A DNA stretch of 24,000 nt, taken from the NCBI GenBank assembly GCA_023261815.1, contig JALNKA010000004.1, positions 22,080-46,079 on the forward strand, written 5' to 3'. Below the pieces are notes generated by a model. That model saw only the letters and a program-made list of their open reading frames with translations, did no database searches and had not been told where the DNA came from. The position numbers and the translations under genes were made by a program. Within the stretch, counting starts at the first letter, position 1, and every line of letters starts with the position of its first letter. The stretch is from Candidatus Wolframiiraptor sinensis (GTDB taxonomy: Archaea > Thermoproteota > Nitrososphaeria_A > Caldarchaeales > Wolframiiraptoraceae). Of the stretch, positions 15,005 through 22,188 are shown piece after piece.

Positions 15005-15012
15005 TTAAAATA
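15005..15012 (+). promoter_or_regulatory. TATA-box-like element for the sugar-kinase/epimerase/uridylyltransferase operon
   Basis: TTAAAATA is centred about 27 nt upstream of GTG 15035, the spacing expected for a leaderless archaeal mRNA. A T5 run (15029..15033) just before the start may terminate the upstream gene. Confidence 0.35.
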
Positions 15013-15034
15013 GCATCCGCGCTCATAATTTTTC

Positions 15035-16300
15035 GTGAAGAATTTTGCGAACATTGCGGAGGAGTTTTTCGGGGAGTTTGCTTCTCGGCCTGAGGTCATC
15101 GTCTCCGCTCCGGGCAGAGCTGATTTCCTGAATTTCCTGAATACCCACCAGGATTATAAGGGGCTTCCCGTAGTCCCGGTTGCTATTCGGCTCAGATGCT
15201 ATGCCGCGGGAGCATTGAATCGCTCTAGGATAGTGAGGGTTGCGAGCCTAAACTTCAAGAAGATGGGCGAGGATTATCACGACGAGTTCAGCATAGATGA
15301 TATAAGGCTCGCCGGCGGAGGATGGTTTGGAGACTATGTGAGGGCGGTGATAAAGTCCATCATGGATTATGGGCGCCGCGTGCACGGCATGGATATCATG
15401 ATCTGGAGCGAGGTCCCGATAGGCGCGGGCTTATCAAGCAGCGCCTCCCTGGAGATCGCGGTCGCCAAACTCGTCTCCGAGCTGTGCGGGCTAGGCCTCG
15501 ATAAGAGGGATTTAGCGGAGATAGGATATAGGGCGGAGCACGACGTGATGGGGATACCGTGCGGGAGGCTGGATCAATACTCATCGGCGTTCGGGGGAAT
15601 CATAGTGCTCGAGACAAGGCCTCCCTTCAGGGTTGAGGAGCTCAGAGTCCGCGACTTGACATTCGTGATCGCAGACTCGGGTGAGCATCGTAGAATAATC
15701 TCGGTTCACCCGGTAAGGCAGAGCGAGATAAATGAGGCGCTGAGGATACTCATTGATGAGGTTCGCCCTCCCCGGGATATCCTGAAGCACCTCGCATACA
15801 ATTACTATGATGCGAGGTGGGATCACATAGTCGACCTGTTGGAGCCTTATTTGGGCGCATTGCCGGAGAAGCTCGCGAACAGGATAAGATTCACTCTGAG
15901 AATGCATAGGTCGACGCTCTACGCGATCGAGCTCCTAAGAGGCGCCGAGCCGAGCATGGAGAGATTTCTCAGAGCGGTTGGAGAGGATTTTGCGGGGGAG
16001 TGCAAGATAGACTTTTCCGACCGCCTCCAAGTAATGGGCGCCATAATGAACTACCAGCACATCCTGCTAAGGGACTTATATGAGGTCAGCACGCCGAGGC
16101 TCGAGGATCTCAGGAGCGCGCTCTTGGAGTCTGGCGAGCTGGGAGCCAAGATCTCCGGAGCGGGTATGGGTGGGGCGATAATCGCGCTTGCCAGGAGCAT
16201 GAAGTCCGGGGAGGAGATCAGGAGAGCGTGCGCAGAGAGGGGATACGAGCTCGCCTGGGTCTCGATGCCGGATGAGGGTGCCAGGAAGGAAATATCCTAA
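15035..16300 (+). CDS. galK: GHMP-family sugar-1-kinase, galactokinase-like
   Basis: 421 aa. Galactokinase-signature region APGRADFLNFLNTHQDYKGLPVVPVAI, GHMP motif PIGAGLSSSASLEIA, C-terminal ISGAGMGGAIIAL. It is the first gene of a galK-galE-galT-like operon. The signature deviates from GRxNLIGEHxDY and contains a 3-residue duplication. Confidence 0.75.
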   Translation: MKNFANIAEEFFGEFASRPEVIVSAPGRADFLNFLNTHQDYKGLPVVPVAIRLRCYAAGALNRSRIVRVASLNFKKMGEDYHDEFSIDDIRLAGGGWFGDYVRAVIKSIMDYGRRVHGMDIMIWSEVPIGAGLSSSASLEIAVAKLVSELCGLGLDKRDLAEIGYRAEHDVMGIPCGRLDQYSSAFGGIIVLETRPPFRVEELRVRDLTFVIADSGEHRRIISVHPVRQSEINEALRILIDEVRPPRDILKHLAYNYYDARWDHIVDLLEPYLGALPEKLANRIRFTLRMHRSTLYAIELLRGAEPSMERFLRAVGEDFAGECKIDFSDRLQVMGAIMNYQHILLRDLYEVSTPRLEDLRSALLESGELGAKISGAGMGGAIIALARSMKSGEEIRRACAERGYELAWVSMPDEGARKEIS

Positions 16301-16311
16301 ATTTTAGATGG

Positions 16312-17283
16312 TTGCCGGGAGGGTCTGGGGGCAGTGATGCTGGCTTGAGGGCTCTCGTGACGGGCGGGGCGGGCTTCATAGGAAGCCACCTGGTGGATGC
16401 ATTGATGAGATCAGGATACGAGGTCAGGGTGATAGATAATCTCAGCCAGGGCAGAATCGAGAACATCTCTAGATGGATTGGGGCGCCGGGCTTCGAGTTC
16501 ATTGAGGGCGATGTGGCGGATGAGGCCATCATGCGCGAGGCCGTCAAATCCTGCGACGCCGTCTTTCATCTCGCCGCGAACCCGGAGGTTAGGCTCGGAG
16601 ACCCGAGAACGCACTATAGGGAGAATGTTCATGCAACCTACGTCGTCTTGGAGGCCATGAGAGCGAGTGATGTGAAGAAGATGATATTCACGTCTTCCTC
16701 AACGGTTTACGGCGAGGCGAGGATCATGCCCACGCCGGAGGACTATTCCCCACTCCTCCCGATATCCATGTATGGAGCTTGTAAGCTCGCGAGCGAGTCC
16801 CTCATCATCGGGTATTGCATGATGTATGATATGGGGGCGGCGATACTGAGGCTCGCGAATATCGTTGGGTCCAGGGCGCGGCACGGGGTCATAGTGGACT
16901 TCATCATGAAGCTTCGCTCGAATCCGAGAAGGCTCGAGATCCTCGGCGATGGAGAGCAGACGAAGTCGTATCTCCTCGTGGATGACTGCGTTGATGCGAT
17001 CATGAGGGCTTTCGAGAGCATTGATCGCGGGGTCGAGATATACAATGTTGGATCGGAGGACGCGATAAACGTGAAGACAATAGCCGGGATAGTGATTGAG
17101 GAGCTCGGTCTCAGGGATGTCGAGATGACTTACACGGGCGGCGTCGAGGGCAGGGGGTGGAGGGGGGATGTGAGGAGAATGCTCCTCGACATCTCTAAGA
17201 TTAAGAGCTTGGGCTGGAGGCCAAGGCATAATAGCGCGGAATCCGTGAGGCTGGCGGCGAGAGCGCTGAAGGAGGAGCTTTAG
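16312..17283 (+). CDS. galE: NAD-dependent epimerase/dehydratase (extended SDR), probable UDP-glucose 4-epimerase
   Basis: GGAGFIGSH Rossmann motif, SSSTVYG, catalytic YGACK (YxxxK). It lies between the kinase and the uridylyltransferase. The true start is more likely the in-frame TTG at 16345 (MRALVTGGAGFIGSH). Confidence 0.85.
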   Translation: MPGGSGGSDAGLRALVTGGAGFIGSHLVDALMRSGYEVRVIDNLSQGRIENISRWIGAPGFEFIEGDVADEAIMREAVKSCDAVFHLAANPEVRLGDPRTHYRENVHATYVVLEAMRASDVKKMIFTSSSTVYGEARIMPTPEDYSPLLPISMYGACKLASESLIIGYCMMYDMGAAILRLANIVGSRARHGVIVDFIMKLRSNPRRLEILGDGEQTKSYLLVDDCVDAIMRAFESIDRGVEIYNVGSEDAINVKTIAGIVIEELGLRDVEMTYTGGVEGRGWRGDVRRMLLDISKIKSLGWRPRHNSAESVRLAARALKEEL

Positions 17284-17285
17284 CG

Positions 17286-18131
17286 ATGTCCCATGAACTT
17301 AGATGGAACCCGCTTCTGAGATGCTGGACTATAGTCGCCGGCCGGAGGATTAAGAGGCCATGGAGATCCGGAAAGTGCCCATTCTGCCCCGGAGGTGAGG
17401 AGACAGCGGGCTCATGGAGGGTTCTCGCCCTCCCCAACAGGTATCCAGCTCTCTCGCCGAATGCCCCTGAGGTAATCGGAGACGACTTATTTGGTAAGGC
17501 GAGGGCCCTCGGGGAGTGCGAGGTGATAATCGAGTCCCTCCAGCATGAGGGAGACTTCCCCGATTTTCCGCTTGATCAGGTCGCTCTCTACATCGAGCTG
17601 CTGGCTGAGAGGACGAGGATCCTGGGCTCAAAGCCTTACATCAAGTGCGTTGTTCCCTTCAAGAATAAGGGAGCGCTGATAGGAGTCTCGCTGACGCATC
17701 CTCATAGCCAGATTTACGCGCTTCCATTCATACCGCCGAGGATAGCGAGGGAGCTCGAATCCACCGAGGATTATGGCCGGAGATATGGCAGGAGCATCTT
17801 CGACGACATACTTGCGAGGGAGCTCGAAGAAGGCTCCAGAGCGATATACGAGAACGACTCGTTCATCATCTTCATGCCATTCTTCGTGATGTGGCCCTAC
17901 GAGCTGCACGTCTATCCAAAGATCAATGTTACATCTCTCCCGGAGCTCGGCCGCGGTGATCAGGAGATGCTCGCCGACGCGGTAAGGGTCGCGGTCGGAA
18001 CCTACGAGGAGCTATTCGGCAAGGACTGCGCCTACATGATGATCTTCCACCAGGCTCCAACGAGCGGGAAATATCCAGACTACAGGCTTCACCTAGAGTT
18101 TTATACGCCGCACTTCAGAGCGACAGAATAA
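17286..18131 (+). CDS. galT: Galactose-1-phosphate uridylyltransferase, N-terminal 281-codon frame (gene is frameshifted near its 3' end)
   Basis: MSHELRWNPLL..W, CPFCPG zinc motif, and the active-site HxHxQ as THPHSQIY. The ATG lies 2 nt after the galE stop. The frame ends prematurely at ...LHLEFYTPHFRATE*, and the conserved C-terminus continues in the -1 frame. Confidence 0.85.
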   Translation: MSHELRWNPLLRCWTIVAGRRIKRPWRSGKCPFCPGGEETAGSWRVLALPNRYPALSPNAPEVIGDDLFGKARALGECEVIIESLQHEGDFPDFPLDQVALYIELLAERTRILGSKPYIKCVVPFKNKGALIGVSLTHPHSQIYALPFIPPRIARELESTEDYGRRYGRSIFDDILARELEEGSRAIYENDSFIIFMPFFVMWPYELHVYPKINVTSLPELGRGDQEMLADAVRVAVGTYEELFGKDCAYMMIFHQAPTSGKYPDYRLHLEFYTPHFRATE

Positions 18132-18268
18132 AGTATGCGGCGGGTATAGAGTGGGGCGCATGGGTCTTTACATATGATGGCGTCCCGGAGGAAAGGGCTG
18201 AGGAGGTTAGGGCGGCCGCGAGAAAGGCTCTCGGGAGGATCGATCACCTAGGGAGAGCTCTCGGCTGA
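18119..18268 (+). pseudogene. galT: Displaced C-terminal segment of galT (-1 frame)
   Basis: From 18119 the frame reads SDRIKYAAGIEWGAWVFTYDGVPEERAEEVRAAARKALGRIDHLGRALG*. This corresponds to the conserved GalT tail (..FYPP..R...KyxaGxExgag.f.nd..PE.aA..LR). Joining it to HFR requires one extra nucleotide at about 18119. Confidence 0.7.
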
Positions 18269-19192
18269 TCGCGCGGCCAGCATCGAGATGAGCTTGCAGT
18301 AGCTGCATCTGCTCGCGAGCGATGGCATCCCGCATCTCTCGCATTCCACGAGATTGGGCTCAGCCACGGACTTCTCAAGCCTCGGCAGAATCCTCTTAAC
18401 ATGCGACTTGTAGAGCATGTGCTTGAACCCTGTTATCTCGCGCTCGATCAGATCTATCAGCCTCTTCCTCCTCAGCATCCTAGAGCCCTCGACGAGCGGG
18501 CACGAGGAATCCAGGATCGGCATCTCATGAGCCAGAGCGTAATACAGGTTCTCCCTCTCCGTCAATTCTATGAGGGGCTTTATCTTCGTGACCAGCTTCG
18601 GGTTATCGCTCCGCGAGATGGGCTTAACTCTCACAAGATCCTCGACCGATCCCCTGAGATAGAGCTCGAAGAGGAGCTCCACGACGTCGTCGAGATTGTG
18701 GCCGGTGGCAAGCCTATCGGCTCCAAGCTCATATGCAAGCCTATTCATCAGGTATCGCTTAACGGTTCCACATGCTCCGCATATCCTCCTGCGGAGGGGC
18801 GTGGACCTCAGATCCGGAATCCTATAGCCCTCCGCGCTGAATAGATCATGAATGACAAGCTCCACTCCAAGGTTTTCGCAGACCCTCTCAACGATCTCCT
18901 GGCATTTCTCCGAGTAACCTTCTATTCCGAGATTTATGTGGATGGCCATGACCTCTATTCCCGGGAATTTCTCGCGCGCCAGCTTGCTCATGGCCGTGAG
19001 AAGAGCCGTGCTATCCTTTCCGCCCGAGACCGCGATGGCAACCCTTCCAGCGCCGCGGAGCATTCCATGCTTCATGACCGTGTTATAGACCTTCCTCTCA
19101 TAATACTTGATGAAGCACTCCCTGCAGAGCATCATCTTCGAGTGCTCAATGAAATAGGCGGCCGGGCCGCCACACAGCTTACAGATGGGCAT
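18248..19192 (-). CDS. PP-loop ATPase of the TtuA/Ncs6 tRNA 2-thiolation family
   Basis: 314 aa. N-terminal zinc finger CKLCG...CRECF, PP-loop AVSGGKDST, Fe-S ligand block ICGACGTVKR plus a later CPL, and C-terminal zinc finger CERCG...CSYC. Confidence 0.85.
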   Translation of the reverse strand: MPICKLCGGPAAYFIEHSKMMLCRECFIKYYERKVYNTVMKHGMLRGAGRVAIAVSGGKDSTALLTAMSKLAREKFPGIEVMAIHINLGIEGYSEKCQEIVERVCENLGVELVIHDLFSAEGYRIPDLRSTPLRRRICGACGTVKRYLMNRLAYELGADRLATGHNLDDVVELLFELYLRGSVEDLVRVKPISRSDNPKLVTKIKPLIELTERENLYYALAHEMPILDSSCPLVEGSRMLRRKRLIDLIEREITGFKHMLYKSHVKRILPRLEKSVAEPNLVECERCGMPSLASRCSYCKLISMLAARSAESSP

Positions 19193-19209
19193 CCTAATCG
19201 AAGAGAGAA

Positions 19210-20466
19210 TCAGATCTCGTATTTATGATGCTTCTCTGGGAGGACTGCGTCCAGGCTCAACTCGTTCCTGGCGTAATCTGCGAGGTCGCGGCAGGCCTCG
19301 GGCTCTCCGTGAATCGTGAAGACCTTGGTGCCGGGGCTTAAGCTTCCGAGATAGGATCTCAGCTCGCTTCTGCCAGAGTGAGCGCTGAAGAGGAACTGCT
19401 TCACCCGCGCCTTCACCTCAACATCCTCACCCCTCACGGTTATCTTTCCCTCCTCGAGAAGCCTCGCGCCCGGCGTCCCAGGCACCTGAAAGCTCACCAG
19501 AAATATCCCGGAGTAGGGGTCATCGAATATCCTCTCGAGGTAGTATGCCGCCGGCCCTCCCTTCAGCATCCCCGCCGGGCTTATGATCACCCCGGGGCTC
19601 TCAGCGGCCCTCTTGCGCTTCTTCCTATCATTCACCCTCATCACGTGCTTTGAGGCCGAGTAGAGGAGCTGATATCCCTGAACGAATTCCTTGGACTCTA
19701 GGAAGAGGTCCAAGATCTTCACGGCCATGCCATCTAGGTAGACCGATTCCCTCACGCCATAAGCCTCTAGGATGCACATCATCTCCTGCGATCTCGCCAC
19801 GGCGAAGGCCGGGACGAGAACTCTCCCGCCAAGATCGATCAGCTCTATGACGTCATTCACGAAATCCCTCTCAAGATCCATTCTCCTCGGGTGCTCTGTT
19901 AGGGCATACGTCGCCTCCGTCACGACGGCGTCAACATCTCTCGGCATATTCTTCGCGCCCGATAGCAGCCTCGTCTTCCGGGTTGAATAATCTCCAGTGT
20001 AGAGGAGGGTTTTGTCGGCGTTCACCAAGACTTGGATACTTCCGGGTATATGACCAGCATCGAGAAACGTTATCTCCGCATCCTTGACTTTCACCGTGTC
20101 GCCGTAATTCACCCTTATCCCCCTTCTAAGGAGCTCTTCCACCTCCAGCACCTCGTAGGGGATGTAGTATCCGCTCAGCTTGAGGAAATCCCTGAGGAGA
20201 ATATCGCTCAGCTTGAACGTCATGTCGGTCGCGTAGACCTTCACCCCGCCATTCAGCATCAATAATGGGGCGGCCCCGCTATGATCAAGGTGAGCATGAG
20301 TGATCACAACGGCGTCGAGATCCTTTGGAGAAATATGGCCCGGGAAGAGGGGCTCTGGCTCGGAGGGCTTAACACCGTAATCTAGCAGTATTCTAGCATC
20401 TCTAGTCTCGACTAGAACTGCGGCTCTCCCGACCTCCCCAATCCCGCCCAGAAAACTTACCCTCAT
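19210..20466 (-). CDS. Metallo-beta-lactamase / beta-CASP ribonuclease (aCPSF2-like, no KH domains)
   Basis: 418 aa with the HxHxDH motif THAHLDHSGA, then a beta-CASP-like central region and C-terminal ...FSAHSGRSEL...IHGE. Confidence 0.85.
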   Translation of the reverse strand: MRVSFLGGIGEVGRAAVLVETRDARILLDYGVKPSEPEPLFPGHISPKDLDAVVITHAHLDHSGAAPLLMLNGGVKVYATDMTFKLSDILLRDFLKLSGYYIPYEVLEVEELLRRGIRVNYGDTVKVKDAEITFLDAGHIPGSIQVLVNADKTLLYTGDYSTRKTRLLSGAKNMPRDVDAVVTEATYALTEHPRRMDLERDFVNDVIELIDLGGRVLVPAFAVARSQEMMCILEAYGVRESVYLDGMAVKILDLFLESKEFVQGYQLLYSASKHVMRVNDRKKRKRAAESPGVIISPAGMLKGGPAAYYLERIFDDPYSGIFLVSFQVPGTPGARLLEEGKITVRGEDVEVKARVKQFLFSAHSGRSELRSYLGSLSPGTKVFTIHGEPEACRDLADYARNELSLDAVLPEKHHKYEI

Positions 20467-20529
20467 GCCGGCTTCAACACGCGCTTCAGGCTTTCCGCCT
20501 TCTCCGCTACCGGGCGCTCAGCCCAATTC

Positions 20530-22173
20530 TTAAACATTGCGACTCGACTCGTCTCCCGCAGCGGAGCCCCAGCCGCCGGCGTAGCTCATCAGCTCCCCAA
20601 GATCCCCGAGCTCCTCCACCGCAACTCCCAGATCCCTCAGCTTCTTGGCAAGCTCCTCCTCGAACTTCTTCAGCGTTCTCGTTTCAGGCTTCAGAATATA
20701 AGCTCTCTTATAGCCGGCTGCCATGAATTGTTTAAGCGCCTCCGCGAGCAGCTCCTCAAGGTTACTATCGAGCAATGCCCTGGGGTAATTCGTCTGAGAG
20801 AAAGGGTAAGTGTATCTGAGACCGAGGGGTATCAAGCCGTATGGGCTTCCATAGAAGAGTATGTCGAGGTTTTTGGGAAGCTTTAATGCTTTCTCGAGGG
20901 AGAGCTTGAAGGTCTCGGGTAAGAGCAGCGCCTCTCCGCCGGATCCCCTTCCCGCGAGACAGTTCTCGAGAAGCCTCCTCCTAGCAACTCTCACGAGCGG
21001 CCTTCCCAAGCTCATCTCGTCATAGAGGTTTATCCCTCTCCTCCCGGAGATAGGCGCATTCTCCTCCATCAGCTTCACGAGGTCCTCGTCTCGCATGATC
21101 TCGATGAAGCCCTGGTAGAGGCTTGGATGGCTTCTCGCCCTCTGCTCTATCAGCTCCATGAGCCTTCCATCCCTTATCGCCTGCTTCACCCTCTTCACCT
21201 CCTCGAAGCAGACGTAGAGATTGTGCATGGCGATCGCCCTCACCCTCTCGCTCCTCGGCATCTGCTTGAGCGTGGCCGCATCTATCCTGGAGCATACCGG
21301 GCAGCAGCATGGCAGGTAGTCGAGCTTCTCAACTCTTATGGTCCCAGTCTCTGTCATGTATCTACCATCCCTAGCATAGAGATAATAGCTGGCCGAGTCG
21401 AACATATCCACGCCCAAAGCTACTATGAATGGGAATATCATCGGATGGCCGGCTCCGAAGAGGTGGAGCGGCTTCCCGAAGCCCACCGCGAACCTGGCAG
21501 CGCATATCATCCGGAACAGCTTATCGAACTTGTATCCCTCCATTAGGGGTGTCGGGCTTCCTAGGGCATAGAGGTCGAAGTTCATCTCCTTCTCCCTGCC
21601 GGCGCAGTAGCTGATGAGGTCCAAGTGTATTCCGCCCTGAATCGGCGCAGCCCAGAGGCATCGCCTAGCACCCCTCCTCGCCAGGAACTCGAGTGTCGCC
21701 TCGAGATTTCTCAGGGTCATCTCCACGGACTCCCTAGCCTTCTCCCTGCCACTCAGCCCAGTCGGGACGTCTAGAGGGACGGCGATATCACTTCTCATCT
21801 CCTCCTGAAGCTCCGCGATCTCCTCCGGGGAGGCCTCAACCCAGCCATATTCCAAGACCTGGTATCCGCCGCTATCGGTCATGACCACGCCATCGAAGTT
21901 CAGGATCCCGTGAACCCCCCTCCTCAGAGCATCATCCCTGAGTCTCCGCAGGATTATGTAGGCATTCGTTATTACGGCTTCCGCTCCGAGGTTCTCCTTC
22001 ATCCAGCTGGCCGGAATATCCTGCGCGACCGGATTTATGACGGGGAGGAAGAGCGGCGTCTCGGCGGCTCTCCCGCTCGCGGTCCTGAGCCTTCCAATCC
22101 TCCCCAAGTGATCCTCGGCGATTATCTCGAACAAGGGTCTCCAGGATCGAGAGGGGCGCGCGGCTCTTAACAA
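20530..22173 (-). CDS. tgtA: tRNA-guanine(15) transglycosylase, archaeosine type (ArcTGT family)
   Basis: TGT catalytic blocks VMTDSGGYQ and GKPLHLFGAGHP, and the zinc site CCCPVC...H. The conserved N-terminus (FEIIAEDHLGRIGRL) begins right after an in-frame TTG at 22134, which is probably the true start. I see no PUA-like motif in the C-terminal ~150 aa. Confidence 0.85.
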   Translation of the reverse strand: MLRAARPSRSWRPLFEIIAEDHLGRIGRLRTASGRAAETPLFLPVINPVAQDIPASWMKENLGAEAVITNAYIILRRLRDDALRRGVHGILNFDGVVMTDSGGYQVLEYGWVEASPEEIAELQEEMRSDIAVPLDVPTGLSGREKARESVEMTLRNLEATLEFLARRGARRCLWAAPIQGGIHLDLISYCAGREKEMNFDLYALGSPTPLMEGYKFDKLFRMICAARFAVGFGKPLHLFGAGHPMIFPFIVALGVDMFDSASYYLYARDGRYMTETGTIRVEKLDYLPCCCPVCSRIDAATLKQMPRSERVRAIAMHNLYVCFEEVKRVKQAIRDGRLMELIEQRARSHPSLYQGFIEIMRDEDLVKLMEENAPISGRRGINLYDEMSLGRPLVRVARRRLLENCLAGRGSGGEALLLPETFKLSLEKALKLPKNLDILFYGSPYGLIPLGLRYTYPFSQTNYPRALLDSNLEELLAEALKQFMAAGYKRAYILKPETRTLKKFEEELAKKLRDLGVAVEELGDLGELMSYAGGWGSAAGDESSRNV

Positions 22174-22188
22174 ATCTTCGCGCCGGAG

